64,000 bases of DNA from Mobula hypostoma (GCF_963921235.1 NC_086109.1:4342001-4406000); one strand, 5' to 3'. Shown: positions 13,301 through 28,300, counted from the stretch's first letter. The notes: a model not told the origin generated them from the letters alone. Made by a program: numbers and translations.

Positions 13301-16300
13301 GTACTCATTCTCACTACCATCACTGGCTAAAACAACGTTCAGAAATTATATTATTTTATAAAATTATAATACTATTCATATTTATAGTTTTTTTATTATT
13401 ATATTATTTATCTGTTGTGCTTCATCAGATCCAGAGTAACAATTATTTCATTCTCCTTTACGCTTGTGTGTTGGCAATGACATTAAACAATCTTGAATCT
13501 TGAATCTTGCTATGTAACAAAAAGAAGCACATGTGCTGCCTTCTTACTTGTACAATTCATAGAACATAGAACATAAAACATAGAAATCTACAGCACATCA
13601 CAGGCCCTTCAGCCTGCGATGCTGTGCTGACCAGGTTACCTACTCTAGAAACTGCCTAGAATTTCCCTACCATGTAACCCTCTATTTTTCTAAGCTCCAT
13701 GTACCTATCTAGGAGTCTCTTAAAAGACCCTGTTGTATCTGCCTCCATCACAGTTGCCAGCAGTGCATTCCACATACCCACCATTCTCTGTGTTGAAAAA
13801 CTTACTCCTGACATCCCCTTCCAAGCACCTTAAAACTATGCTCCCTCATGTTAGCCATTTCAGCCCTGGGAAAAAGCCTCTGACTATCCACATGATCAAT
13901 GTCTCTCATCATCTTATACACTTCTATCAGGTCACCTCTCATCCTCCATTGCTCCAAGGAGAAAAGGTCAAGTTCACTCAATCTATTCTCATAAGGCACA
14001 CTCTCCAATCCAGGCAACATCCTTGTAAGTCTCCTCTGTACCCTTTCTACAGTAACTACATCCTTCCCGTAGTGAGGTGACCAGAACTAAACACAGTTCT
14101 CCAAGTGGGGTCTGACCAAGGTCTTTTTTGCTATAATATTACCACATGGCTTTTGAACTCAGTTCCATAGTTAATGACTGCCAACACACCATAAGTCTTC
14201 TTAACAACACCGTCAACCTGCGCAGCAGCTTTGTGTGTCCTAAGGACATGGACCCCAAGATTTCTCTGTACCTCCACACTACCAAGATTCTTACGATTAA
14301 AACTATATTCTGTCTTCAAATTTGACCTACCAAAATGAACCACTTCACACCTATCTGGGTTGATCTCCATCTGCCAGTTCTCAATCCAGTTCTGCATCCT
14401 GCAGCAACCTCTGACAGCCCTCCAGACTATCCACTACACTCCCAACCTTTTGTGTCATCAGCAAACTTACTAACCCACCCTTCTACTTCTTGATTCAGAT
14501 CATTTATAAAAATTGCAAAGAGGAGGGCTCCCAGAACAGATCCCTATGGAACACCACTGGTCACTGAGAATTCAATCAGGGGCATAAGGCATGACCTGCC
14601 CTGACAAAGCCATAGTAACTAGCCCTAATCAGATTATGTCTCTCCAATTGCTCATCAATCCTGTCTGTCAGGATCTTCTCCAACAACTTGCTCACCATTG
14701 AAGTAAGACTCACTGGTCTATATTTACTGGGTTATCTCTACTCCCTTTCTTGAACAAGGGAAATACACTTGCAACCCTCCAATCTTCTGGTAGTTCTCCT
14801 ATCTCTAAGATCATCACCAGAGGCTCAGCAATCTCCTCCCTCACTCCACAGTAGCCTGGGGTATATCTCGCCCAATCTTGGCAATTTATCTAACTTTATG
14901 CTTTTCAAAAGCTCCAGCACATCCTCTTTCTTAATGATTATATGCTCAATCATTTCACTCCACTGTAAGTCATCCCCACAATTGCCAAGGTCCTTTTCCC
15001 GGGTGAATACTGAAGCAAAGTATTCATTAAGTTTCTCTGCTACGTCCTCCGACTCCATGTATAGGTTTCTGTTATCACACCTGACTGGTCCTATCTTCAC
15101 ACGACTCATCTTTTTCCTCTTCACATACTTGTAGAATGCCTTTGGGTTTTCCTTAATCCTGCTCGCCAAGGCCTTCTCACAGCCCCTTCTAGCTCTCCTA
15201 ATTTTATTTTTAAGCTTCTTCCTGGCAGCCTTGTCATTTTCTAGAGCTCCAACAGTACCTAGTTTCTTGAATCTTTCATAATCTTTTCTTTTCTTCTTAA
15301 CTAAATTTTCCACATCCTTTGTACAAGAAGGTTCTTGCACCCTACCATCCCTTCCCTGCCTCAATGGAAAATACCTATGCAGAACGCCATGCAACGTTTG
15401 CGCATTTCTGCCATGCATTTCCCTGAGAACATCTGCTCCCAGTTTATGCTCCCAAGTTCCTGCCTCATATCATATTTCCCTCTACCCCAATTAAAATAGG
15501 GTAGAGGGATTGGAGCAGGAGGCAGGGATTCAGATTTCTGGATCAGTGGGACCTCTTTTAGGGCAGGTGGGACCTGTACAAAAAGGACAGGTTGCACTTG
15601 AATCCCAAGGGGACCAACATCCTGGCAGGGAGGTTTACTAAGGCTATCAGGGAGAGTTTAAACTAGAATTGCTGGGGGGTGAGAACCCGAACTGAAGTGA
15701 CGGAGGTAGGGGCAGTTGGTTCACAAATAGAGAAAGCTTGGAGACAGTGCAAGAGGGAGGATAGGCAGATGATAGAGAAGGGACACGCTCAGACAGATGG
15801 TTTGAGATGTGTTTATTTTAATGCGAGGAGTATCATGAATAAAGCGGATGAGCTTAGAGCGTGAATCAGTACTTGGAGCTATGATGTTGTGGCCATTACA
15901 GAGACTTCGATGTGCAGGGGCAAGAATAGCTACTTCAAGTGCAAGGCTTTAGATGTTTCAGAAAGGACAGGGAGGAGCCAAAAGAGATGGGGGCATGGCA
16001 CTGTTGATCAGAGATAGTGTCACAGCTGCACAAAAGGAGGAAGTGATGGAGGGGTTGTCTACGGAGTCTCTGTGGGTGGAAGTTAGGAAGAGGAAGGGGT
16101 CAATAACTCTTACTGAGTGTTTTTTATAGACCACCCAATAATAACAGGGACATCGAGGAGCAGATAGGGAGACAGATTCTGCAAAGGTGTAATAATAACA
16201 GGGTTGTTGTGGTGGGAGATTTTAATTTCCCAAATATTGATTGGCATCTCCCTAGAGTGAGGAGTTTAGATGGCGTGGAATTTGTTAGGTGTGTTCAGGA

Positions 16301-19300
16301 AGGTTTCTAGACACAATATGTAGATAAGCCTACAAGAGGAGAGACTACACTTGATCTGATATTGGGAAATGAACCTGGTCAGGTGTCAGGTCTCTCAGTG
16401 GGAGAGCATTCTGGAGATAGTGATCACAATTCTATCTCCTTTACCATAGCATTGGAGAGGATAGGAACAGACAAGTTAGGGAAATGTTTAATTGAAGTAA
16501 GGGGAAATATGAGGCTATCAGGCAGGAACTTGGAAGCATAAATTGGAAATGGATGTTCTCAGGGAAACGTATGGAAGAAATGTAGCAAATGTTCGGGGGA
16601 TATTTGCGTGGGGTTCTGCATAGGGATGTTCCAATAAGACAGGGAAAGGATGGTAGGGTACAGGAACCATGGTGTACAAAGGCTGTTGTAAATCTAGTCA
16701 AGAAGAAAAGAAGATCTTATGAAAGGTTCAAAAAACTAGGTAATGATAGAGATCTAGAAGATTATAGGGCTAGCAAGAAAGAATTTAAGAATGAAATTAG
16801 GAGAGACAGAAGGGGCCATGAGAAGGCCTTGGCAGACAGGATTAAGGAAAACCCCAAGGCATTCTACAAATATGTGAAGAGTAAGAGGATAAGACATGAG
16901 AGAATAGGACCAATCAAGTGTGTATGGGAACGGAGGAGATAGCAGAGGTACTTAATAAATACTTTGCTTCAGTATTCACTACGGAACAGGATCTTGGTGA
17001 TTGTAGTGATGACTTACAGCGGACTGAAAAGCTTGAGCATGTAGATATTAAGAAAGAGGATGTGCTGGATCTTTTGGAAAGCATCAAGTTGGATAAGTCA
17101 CCGGGACCGGATGGGATATACCCCAGGCTACTGTGGGAAGCGAGGGAGGAGATTGCTGTGCCTCTGGCGATGATCTTTGCATCATCGAGGAGAGGAGAGG
17201 TTCTGGAAGATTGGAGGGTTGTGGATGTTGTTCCCTTATTCAAGAAAGGGAGTAGAGATAGCCCAAAAAATTGTAAACCAGTGGTTGGTCAGTTGATAGA
17301 GAAGATCCTGAGAGGCAGGATTTATGAACATTCGGAGAGGCATAATATGATTCGGAATAGTCAGCATGGCTTTGTCAAAGGCAGGTCATACCTTACGAGC
17401 TTGATTGAACTTTTTGAGGATGTGACTAAAGACATTGATGAAGGTAGAGCAGTAGATGTAGTGTATATGGATTTCAGCAAGGCATTTGCTAAGGTACCCC
17501 ATGCAAGGCTTATTGAGAAAGTAAGGAGGCACGGGACCCAAGGAGACATTGCTTTGTGGATCCAGAACTGGCTTACCCACAGAAGGCAAAGAGTGGTTGT
17601 AGATGGGTCATATTCTGCATGGAGGTCGATGACCAGTGGCGTGCCTCAGGGATCTGTTCTGGGACCCCTACTCTTCATGATTTTTAATAAATGACTTGGA
17701 TGAGGATGTGGAGGGATAGGTTAGTAAATTTGCTGATGACACAAAGGTTGGGGATGTTATAGATAGTGTGGAGGGCTGTCAGAGATTACAGTGGGACATA
17801 GATAGGATGCAAAACAGGGCTGAGAAGTGGCAGATGGAGTTCAACCCAGATAAGCGTGAGGTGGTTCATTTTGATAGGTCAAATATGATGGCAGAATAGA
17901 GTATTAATGGTAAGAGTCTTGCCGGTGTGGAGGATCAGAGAGATCTTGGGGTCCGAGTCCATAGGACACCCAAAGCTGCTGTGCAGGTTGACTGTGTGGA
18001 TAAGAAGGCATACGGTTCATTGGCCTTCATCAATCGTGGGGTTGAGTTTAAGAGCCGAGAGGTAATGTTGCAGCTATATAGGACCCTGGTCAGACCCACT
18101 TGGAGTACTGTGCTCAGTTCTGGGCACCTCACTACAGGAAGGATGTGGAAAGGGTGCAGAGGAAATTTACAAGGATGTTGCCTGGATTGGGAACATGCCT
18201 TATGAGAATAGGTTGAGTGAACTCAGCCTTTTCCCCTTGGAGCAACAGAGGATGACAGGTGACCTGATACAGGTGTACAAGATGATGAGAGGCATTGATT
18301 GTGTGGATAGTCAGAGGCTTTTTCCCATGGCTGAAGTGGCTAGCATGAGAAGGCATAGTTTTAAGGAGCTTAGAAGTTGGTACAGAGATGTCAGGGTTAA
18401 GTTTTTTTTACGCAGTGAGTGGTGAGTGCGTGGAATGGGCTGCCGGTGGTGGTGGTGGGTCTTTTAAGAGACACCTGGATAGGTACATGGAGCTTAGAAA
18501 AATAGAGGGCTATGGGTAACCCTAGGTAATTTCTAAGGTAAGAACACGTTCAGCATAGCTTTGTGGGCCGAAGGGCCTGTGTGGTGCTGTAGGTTTTATT
18601 TGTTCTATGTTCTATATTCTAAATGTTTTCCCAGTTTGTTTGCTCCTATCCCTCTCCAGCTCTATGGTAAAGGAGATAAAGTTGTGATCACTACCTCCAA
18701 ACTGCTCTCCCACCAAGAGATCTGACACCTGACCAAGTTCATTTTCCGATACCAGATCAAGTACTGCCTCTCATCTAGTTGGTTTTTCAACATACTGTGC
18801 CAGGAAACCTTCCTGAACGCACCTAACAAACTCCACCCCATCTAAACCCCTTGCTCTAAGGAGATGCCAGTTTACATTAAGAAAGTTCCCCTTCCCATCA
18901 TAACAACCCTATTATTATTGCACCATTCCAGAATCTGCTTCTCTATCTGCTCCTCAATGTCCCTGTAACTGTTGGGGAGGGGGTCTATAAAAAACACCCT
19001 GTAGGGTTATTGTCCATTTCCTGTTTCTGACTTTCACCCACACTGATTTAGTGGATAATCCCTTCCTCCTTTTCTGCAGCCGTGACACTATCCCTGATTA
19101 GCAATGCCACACCCCTACCTCTTTTGCCTCCTTCCTGTCCTTTTCGAAACATCTAAAGACTGGCTCACTCAGCAGCCATTCCTGCCCCTGAGACATCTAA
19201 GTCTCTGTAATGGCCACAATGTCATAGTTCCATGTATTGATCTACGCTCTAAGTTCATCGGCCTTGTTTATAATACCACTTGCATTAAAATCGACACATC

Positions 19301-22300
19301 TCAAACCATCAGGTGGAGTGCATCTTTGCTCTATCGTCTGCCTATCCTTCCTCACAAATTCCCTACAAGCTGTCTCCACTTGTGCTCCAACTTTCCCATC
19401 CTCTGCCTCTTCACTTCAGTTCCCACCCCTCTGCAAATCTAGTTTAAATCCTCCCCAATATCAATGGCAAACCTCCTCGCCAGGATATTGGTCCCCCTCG
19501 GATTCAAGTACAACCCCTCATTTTTGTACAGGTCGCACCTGCCCCAGTAGAGGTCCCAATGATCCAGAAATCTGAATCCCTGCCTCTTGCTCCAATCCAT
19601 CAGCCACACATTTATCCTCCTCCTCATTCTATTCCTATACTCACTGTCATGTGGCACAGGTGACAATCCTGAGATTACAACCCTTGAAGCCCTGCTTCTC
19701 AGCTTCCTTCCTAACTCCCTGTTTTCTGCTTTCGGGACCTCCTCTGCTTTTCTCCCTTTGTCATTGGTACCAATATGTACCGCGACCTCTGGTTGCCCAC
19801 CCTCCCATTCAGGATATTGTGGATGTGGTCAGAAACATCACGAACCCTGACACCTGGGAGGCAAACTACCATCTGTGTTTCTTTTTCACGCCCACAGAAT
19901 CACCTATCTGTCCCCTAACTATGGAGTCCCCTATCACTGCTGCTATCCTCTTCTGTTCCCTTCCCTTCTGAGCTGCAGGGTCAGAGTCAGTGCCCGAGGC
20001 ACGTCTGCTGTTGCTTCCCCCAGGTAGGTCATCCCCACCAACAGTACTTAAAATAGAGTACTTATTGTTAAGGGGGTTGGCCACAGGGGTGCTCTCCACT
20101 GCCTGATGCTCTCCCTTCCCTCTCTTGGCAGTCATCCACTTCTCTGTTTCCTGTGGCCCCAGTGTACCTGCCTGTAGCTCCTGTTGATCACCTCCTTACT
20201 TTCCCTAACAAGGCGAAGGTCATCGAGCTGCAGCTCCAGTTCCCTAACTCAGTCTGTAAGGAGCTGCTACTTGATTCAGTGCAGATGTGGCCATCAGGGA
20301 GGCTGGATGTCTCCCGGATATCCCACATCTGATACCCAGAGCAGAAAACTGGCCTTGCAGTCATACCCACTATGCTTAAGCTAGAGAAAAGTAGAGAAAA
20401 GAAGAGAGGTATGAAAGTAACTTACCTTCTTACCTTGCCTAGGCCCATCCTCGATGAAGCCCCGATGAGCCAAAGCCTCACTACCCTGACTCATGCTACT
20501 CCAACGACTGCTCCTTTCATGACCACTCCACTAGGCAGTGTGTTCCTTTTATCTCAGAACCTTCCCAGCCCCCTTGTGCAATGACGAGCTACTGTGTCTG
20601 CGAACTTCTCCCAATCAAATCTCTCCAGTGTATCTAAATGTCCAATCAAATTTCTGACCACCTTTATGTATTCAGTGCACGAGCATCAGGTAGGGAGAAG
20701 ATGCAGAAGCTTACAAGCCCACTACTCCTGGACGAAACTGATCCATTATTTTCTCCAAGCAGATGTACAATGTTTCGTTCCGAATCCTCCTTCAAATGGC
20801 CGCATCAGATCGAGTTCTTGGAATGTACTGAAATACGAGGAGGAAGTAATGTTCGAATGTGATCACGGTTTTGAAATTGATGGCAGCAACGTCATCAGGT
20901 GCAACAACGACAGTAAATTCAGCGATGATCCACCAACCTGTCGGTTTAGTGAGTAACGCTAATCCAAAGTTCGCAATAAAGCACAAACAATATTTGTTGA
21001 AAGGTTGACACGAGGAAATCTTCAGATGCTGGAATTTCAAACAACACACATCAAAGTTGCTGGTGAACGCAGCAGGCCAGGCAGCATCTCTAGGAAGAGG
21101 TACAGTCGACGTTTCAGGCCGAGACCCTTCGTCAGGACTAACTGAAGGAAGAGCTAGTAAGAGATTTGTAAGTGGGAGGGGGAGGTGGAGATCCAAAATG
21201 ATAGGAGAAGACAGGAGGGGGAGGGATGGAGCCAAGAGCTGGACAGGTGATTGGCAAAAGGGATATGAGAGGATCATGGGACAGGAGGTCTAGGGAGAAG
21301 GAAAAAGGGGGGGGGGAAACCCAGAGGATGGGCAAGGGGTATAGTCAGAGGGACAGAGGGAGAAAAAGGAGAGAGAGAGAAAGAATGTGTGTATATAAAT
21401 AAATAACGGATGGGATACGATGGGGAGGTGGGGCATTAGTGGAAGTTAGAGAAGTCAATGTTCATGCCATCAGGTTGGAGGCTACCCAGACAGAATATAA
21501 GGTGTTGTTCCTCCAACCTGAGTGTGGCTTCATCTTTACAGTAGACATATCAGAATGGGAATGGGACGTGGAATTAAAATGTGTGGCCACTGGGAGATCC
21601 TGCTTTCTCTGGCGGACAGAGCGAAGGTGTTCAGCGAGACGACCTCCCAGTCTGCGTCGGGTCTCGCCAATATATAGAAGGCCGCATCAGGAGCACTGGA
21701 CGCAGTATATCACCCCAGCTGACTCACAAGTGAAGTGTCGCCTTTCCTGGAAGGACTGTCTGGGGCCCTAAATGGTGGTAAGGGAGGAAGTGTAAGGGCA
21801 TGTGTAGCACTTGTTCCGCTTACAAGGATAAGTGCCAGGAGGGAGATTGGTGGGGAGGAATGGGGGTGACGAATGGACAAGGGAGTTGTGTGGGGGGGGG
21901 GGAGGAAAAGATGTGCTTAGTTGTGGGATCCTGTTGGAGGTGGCGGAAGTTACGGAGAATTATATGTTGGACCCGGAGGCTGGTGGAGTGGTAGGTGAAG
22001 ACAAGGGGAACCCTATTCCTAGTGGTGTGGCGGGAGGATGGAGTGAGAGCAGATGTGCGCGAAATGGGGGAGATGCCCGAAACATCGACTGTACCTCTTC
22101 CAATAGATGCTGCCTGGCCTGCAGCGTTCACCAGCAACTTTTATGTTTGTTGAAAGGTTTTTATCTTGGAGAAAGTTTTACAATGATGCCTAGAGATGCT
22201 ACCTCTCAGCACCAATCCTGATCTCGGTTTGGTGGATTAATTGGCTGTTGTAAATTCCCCTGGTGTGAAAGTGAATCAAGTGGATGCCTTCATAGATTCA

Positions 22301-25300
22301 AAGGGTCATACAGGCCATTCGGTCCACTCTCTCAAGTTCAAGTGCAAGCTGGAGCCAGAGTGGCCACTGTGTCCATGTGTGTCACAGCACAGGGATGTAT
22401 GTGACGTGCTGTGCATACCTGGAAGGTCTGGTGAATTGCTGAATTGGTACTGTAAAGCATTGTGCAAACCTTCTGTTAATGCCTGCACATGGTCCTTGCC
22501 CCTGCATTCACGTGTCTGTTTAAATATCTCTTATGTGTTGCTATCATACCCCATATTGTATTGTAGCTCTCTATTTTTGTTACTTGCACAGTTTGTCTAC
22601 TTTTGCAGAGACAGAGAGACAGAGCGAGGGTGTCCTAAGATTTTTGCACAGTACTATACTTGTCAACGTGGAGCTGAGAGAGAATTTGTAAATGTGATTG
22701 AAGCAAATCCTTTGCGAATGGGAACGATGAGGGTGGAGTGTCACAGGTGAAGTGTGGGACAGGTGACAGAGAAGGAGTGCTGAGGGCAGAGAGTGCAGAC
22801 ACACCCAGCCCTGAGACACCAGACAAGGTCATTTGATTCCAAACAATCGGTTTATTGATCGTTACAGAAAGTCTCTCTGGTGCTTCCCCTCCCTCCCCTC
22901 TCCCTGCCTCCTTCCCACTCTCAGTCCACCATAGAGACCCGTATCAGAATCAGGTTGATCGTCACTCACATATTGAAGCTATCACTGAAGAAGAAATAGT
23001 AAGACATTCGGAAAGAAATGGATCCATCAGGCAGAGGCAGCATGGAATCAGTAAAGGCAGGTCCTGTTTGACAAACTTACTGGGGTTCTTTGAGGATATA
23101 ATAAGCACAGTGGATAGAGGGAAACAGATGGATGTTACTTACTTGGATTTCCAGAAGACATTCGATAAGGTGCCACATAAAAGACTTATCCATAAGATAA
23201 GGAAGCATAAAGTTGGGGTGATATATTAGCATGGGTAGAGGATTGGTTAACTAACAGACAGCAGAGAGGTGGGATACATGGGTGTTATTCTGGTTGGCAA
23301 TCAGTAGTGAGCGGGGTACCGCAGGGGTCAGTGCTGGGCTCACAACTGTTCACGATATACATTAATGATCTGGAAGAGGGGACACGAGTGTAGTGTATCT
23401 AAATTTGCTGATGACATTACATTGAATGAAAAAGCAAACTGTGCTGATGATATGGAGAGACTGCAGGGAGGTATAGATAGGTTCATTGAGTGGGCAAGGG
23501 TCTGGCAGATGGAGTACAATGTTGGTGAATGTGAAGTCATCCACTTTGGAAGGAAAAATGGAAGATCAGATGATTGTTTAAATGATAAAAGTTTGTAGCA
23601 TGCTGCTGTGCAGAAGGATGTGGGAGTGCTTGTGCATGAATCGCAAAAGGTTGGTTTGCAGGTACAGCAGGCTATCAAGAAGGCAAATGGAATATTAGCC
23701 TTCATTGTTAGAGGGATTGAATTTAAGAGTAGGGAACTTATTCTGCAACTGTACAGAGTACTGGTGAGGCCACACCTGCAGTACTGCGTGCAGTTCTGGT
23801 CTCCTTACTTGAGGAAGGATATACTGGCTTTGGAGGTGGTACAGAGGGGGTTCACCAGGTTCATTCCAGAGATAAGAAGGTTAAGCTATGAGCAGAGATT
23901 GAGTCTCATTGGACTGTACTCACTGGAATTCAGAAGGATGAGAGGAGATCTTATAAAACCATATACAACTATGAAAGCAATAGATAAGGTCGAAGCAGGA
24001 AAGTTGTTTTCACTGGCAGGTGAGACTAGAACTAAGGGACATAGCCTCAAGATTGGGGGGAGTAAATTTAGGACGGAGATGAGGAGGAACTGCTTTTCCC
24101 AAAGAGGGGTGAATGTGTGGAATTCTCTGCCCAATGAAGCAGTGGAGGCTACCTCAGTAAATATATTTAAGACAAGGTCGGATAAAGTTTTGCATAGTAG
24201 GGGAATTGACGGTTATGGGGAAAAGCCAGGTAGGTGGAGATGATCAACCATGACCATATTGGATGGAGGAGCAGGCTTGATGAGTCGGGTGGCCTACCCC
24301 TCCTCCTATTTCTATGTTTATATGTCATGAAATTTGCCTTTTTTTATGGCAGCAATACAGTGCAATACATAAACTTACTACAGTAGTGTGCAGAAGTCCT
24401 AGGAACCCTAGATATATGCCTAAGCCTTTGCACAGTTCTGCATTTTGATCATGCACTTATTTTGAACTTTTGAACTTCGAGATGGTGGATGTCTAGAACT
24501 AGGGGTCACAGACCAGAAGAAGGGGTTGGGAGCTCAGGACAGAGGTGGGAAGAAATTTATTCATCCAGAGGGTGGTGAGTCTTTGGAATTTTCTACTCAA
24601 GATGGTTCTAGAAGCTCAGTCGCCATCTATTCATAACAGAAGGTGAAATATTTTTGAATACTAAGACAGGGATCTGGAGAAAGTGCAGTTTCAGAGGAGA
24701 AGCTTACCCTACTTAGCACAAGGGCAAAATGTCTCCATGTCCTCCCGATGTGGTCTCCTTTATATTCATGACACCCATCGTAAATTGGGGGACCGTTTCA
24801 TCAAGCACCTCCACACCATCCACCACAAATGAGACTTCCTGTGATCAAACATTTTAATTCTGATTCCCATTCCTGTACCGACAATGTCAGTCCACGGCCT
24901 CCTCTTGTGCCAAGATGAAGCCACCCTCAGGGTGGAGGAGTAACACCTTATATTCCGTCTGGATACCCTCCAAACCTGATAGCATGAATATCAATTTCTC
25001 CTTCTTGTAAACATATTCCACCCCCCCCCCACCTTTCCATTCCTCACTCTGACCTTTTTTCTCTTCTCACCTGCCTATGACCTCTCCCTGAGTCCCCTCT
25101 TCCTCCTTTCCCCTATGGTCCACTCTCCTCTCCTATCAGATTTCTTCTACTCCAACCCTTGACCCTTCCCACCCACCTGGCTTCACCTATCACCTTCTAG
25201 TTAGCCTCCTTCCCCTCCTCCACCTTTTTTTCCTGGTATCTTCCCCCCGGTGTCATGGATTCTTGATTACCTGACTGGCAGACCACAGTACGTGTGCTTG

Positions 25301-28300
25301 CAACGCTGTGTGTCCGACAGAGTGATCAGCAGCACTGGGGCTTCACAGGGGACTGTCTTGTCTCCCTTTCTCTTCACCATTCACACCTCGGACTTCAACT
25401 ACTGCACAGAGTCTTGTCATCTTCAGAAGTTTTCGGGTGACTTTGCCATAGTTGGATGCATCAGCAAGGGAGATGAGGCTGAGTACAGGGCTACGGTAGG
25501 AAACTTTGTCACATGGTGTGAGCAGAATTATCTGCAGCTTAATGTGAAAAAGACTAAGGAGCTGGTGGTGGACCTGAGGAGAGCTAAGGTACTGGTGACC
25601 CCTGTTTCCATCCAGGGGGTCAGTGTGGACATGGTGGAGGATTACAAATACCTGCGGATATGTATTGACAATAAACTGGACTGGTCAAAGAACACTGAGG
25701 CTGTCTACAAGAAGGGTCAGAGCTGTCTCTATTTCCTGAGGAGACTGAGGTCCTTTAACATCTGTCGAACGATGCTGAGGATGTTCTACGAGTCTGTGGT
25801 GGCCAGTGCTATCATGTTTGCTGTTGTGTGCTGGGGCAGCAGGCTGAGGGTAGCAGACACCAACAGAATCAACAAACTCATTCGTAAGGCCAGTGATGTT
25901 GTGGGGATGGAACTGGACTCTCTGACGGTGGTGTCTGAAAAGAGGATGCTGTCCAAGCTGCATGGCATCTTGGACAATGTCTCCCATCCACTACATAACG
26001 TACTGGGTGGGTACAGGAGTACATTCAGCCAGAGATTCATTCCACCGAGATGCAGTACAGAGCGTCATAGGAAGTCATTCCTGCCTGTGGCCATCAAACT
26101 TTACAACTCCTCCCTTGGAGGGTCAGACACCCTGAGCCAATAGGCTGGTCCTGGACTTATTACATAATTTACTGGCATAATGTACATATTACTATTTAAC
26201 TATTTATGGTTCTATTACTATTTATTATTTATGGATGCAACTGTAACGAAAACCAATTTCCCCCTGGGATCAATAAAGTATGACTATGACTATGACTTCT
26301 TTTTCCAATCCTGAAGAAGGGTCTCGGCCTGAAATGTCAACTAACTATTCACTTCCGTAGATGCTACCCAACCTCCTGAGTTCCTCCGGTATGTTGTGCA
26401 CTTTGCTTTGGATTTCCAGCATCTGCAGACTTTCTCTTGTTTATACTTGTGTTTCCACTGCCTCCATCTTCTGATGTGAGAGTTGATACCTTATCCCAGA
26501 TATAATTCTTTTTCCAGCTGAGGTTATTGTGTTGTCATCTTGGCAGGTGGATGCCACAGACCCGAAAGAATTATTGGTGGATGGATCGAGAATCCTAAAG
26601 CAATATATGCAAAACATGAGACTGTCACACTTACCTGCGGGAGAGGATATAAGCTGATTGGCATTGAGACCCTTCGTTGTAAGGGGAACGATAAATATGA
26701 CCACCCCTCACCTAAATGTCAGGAGAGTAAGTATGCATTTTATCAAGTTTTGTTTTATGAATGTAAAGTACAATGCTATGTCCTCAAGCTTGTTGGATTC
26801 TGATGTTTTTAATCCAAGATTCCTTCCAGGTGACTGACCTTTCAGTTGGTGAACACTTAGGGAACAGTAATGACAACCCCTCAACTGTCAGGATAGCTAC
26901 AGACAAGGATAGGTCCTTGTGGGAGAAGTTTTAAATTGGAGTTGGGCATCAAGGACGCTGGCGAGATGGAGTGCAGAGAGGAAGTGGAGCAGCTGATGGA
27001 TTGTTATGAGAACGACCTAAGCCTGAACGTGGAGAAGACCAAGGAAATCATTGTGGACTTCAGGAAGGTACAGATGAACCATCCCCCTCTGCAAATACAA
27101 GGCTCACCCATAGTGAGAGTTAAGTGAGCATCACAGTCAACATGGGAGCTGTGTAGCCTCAGTTATAGCGAGAACTAGGCCTCAAGCCTCAGGCTTGCTT
27201 GCTGCTGCAGACCAGGAGAGCAATGCAAAAGCGCTACAGCGTGGTGAGCTTGGCTGCGGCCTGGTCTCTCCCATCGGTGCTGTCCTCTCGTGTTCCAGTG
27301 GTGGAGTGACAGGTTGGATTGCATGTAACTGTACGCTGCCAGGAGACTGTACCATTGGTTGCCGGACATTGTCGTTCAGGGTCTTGGACTATATATGTTT
27401 ATTTTTGTGAATATGCTTTTTTGCTTGATACTTTGAATATGTTACTCAGCATCTCCTTCATTTCCTGGACATCTGCTCTCACACTATGTCTCCCAGAAAG
27501 TGCTTGCTTGGTCCTCACCTATCACCACACCTACATCCACATCCAGCCCAACATTCTTCGAAATTTCAAATTCAATTGTCATTCAACCATAGATGTAAAC
27601 ATAGCCAAACAAAACAATGGTCCTCCAAAGCCAAGGTGCAAAACACACTACCAACAGTCACACACAGCACAGAGTACATGTGGCACAATAACAATGAAAC
27701 AATATAGCCCAAGTTCCTGCGCGTAATGATCTGTAGACTGATGGTGCCTGGATTGCTGTCCTGGAGTCACATTTCTGCAAGAAGAGTCATACAACAGTCT
27801 TCATCACATGGTGGGATCACATTCACCAGCTACAATGTGATCCCACCACCAATTCCATTTTCCCACCCATTCCTGCTTTCCTCAGAAACCACTCCCTCTC
27901 CGACCCACTGTTTACTTAGCCCCTCCCCAAGCAATTTCCCCTGCAACTATTGAAGGTGTAACATTTGACCCCACACTTTCTCTTCCACCACCATCCAGGA
28001 CATAAGCAGTCCTTCCGGGTAAGGCAGAGGATATTGAAGGGGAAATGAAGGAACGCATGTCAGGCATAGGAAATTGTTATCAAACAAGTCACCGAGGTTT
28101 AAAGAGTACAAGAGAAAACATGAGAAATCAGGAGGGCAAAGAATAAGCCATAATATTACCTTAATTCTATTTTACAAGGAGAATCCTGTAACGTTTTACA
28201 TGTAAGATTGTTTAATTAATCCAGAATAACATTGTGGGCTGAAGGGCCCATTTATGAGCTCTACTGTTCTTGGTTCTATGCTCTATGTTACTTTGTGACT

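Noticed and set aside
25250..26143. Longest ORF (297 aa) as a host gene
   Set aside because: 5'-truncated retrotransposon RT with an altered catalytic motif (FSGD) and a microsatellite tail.
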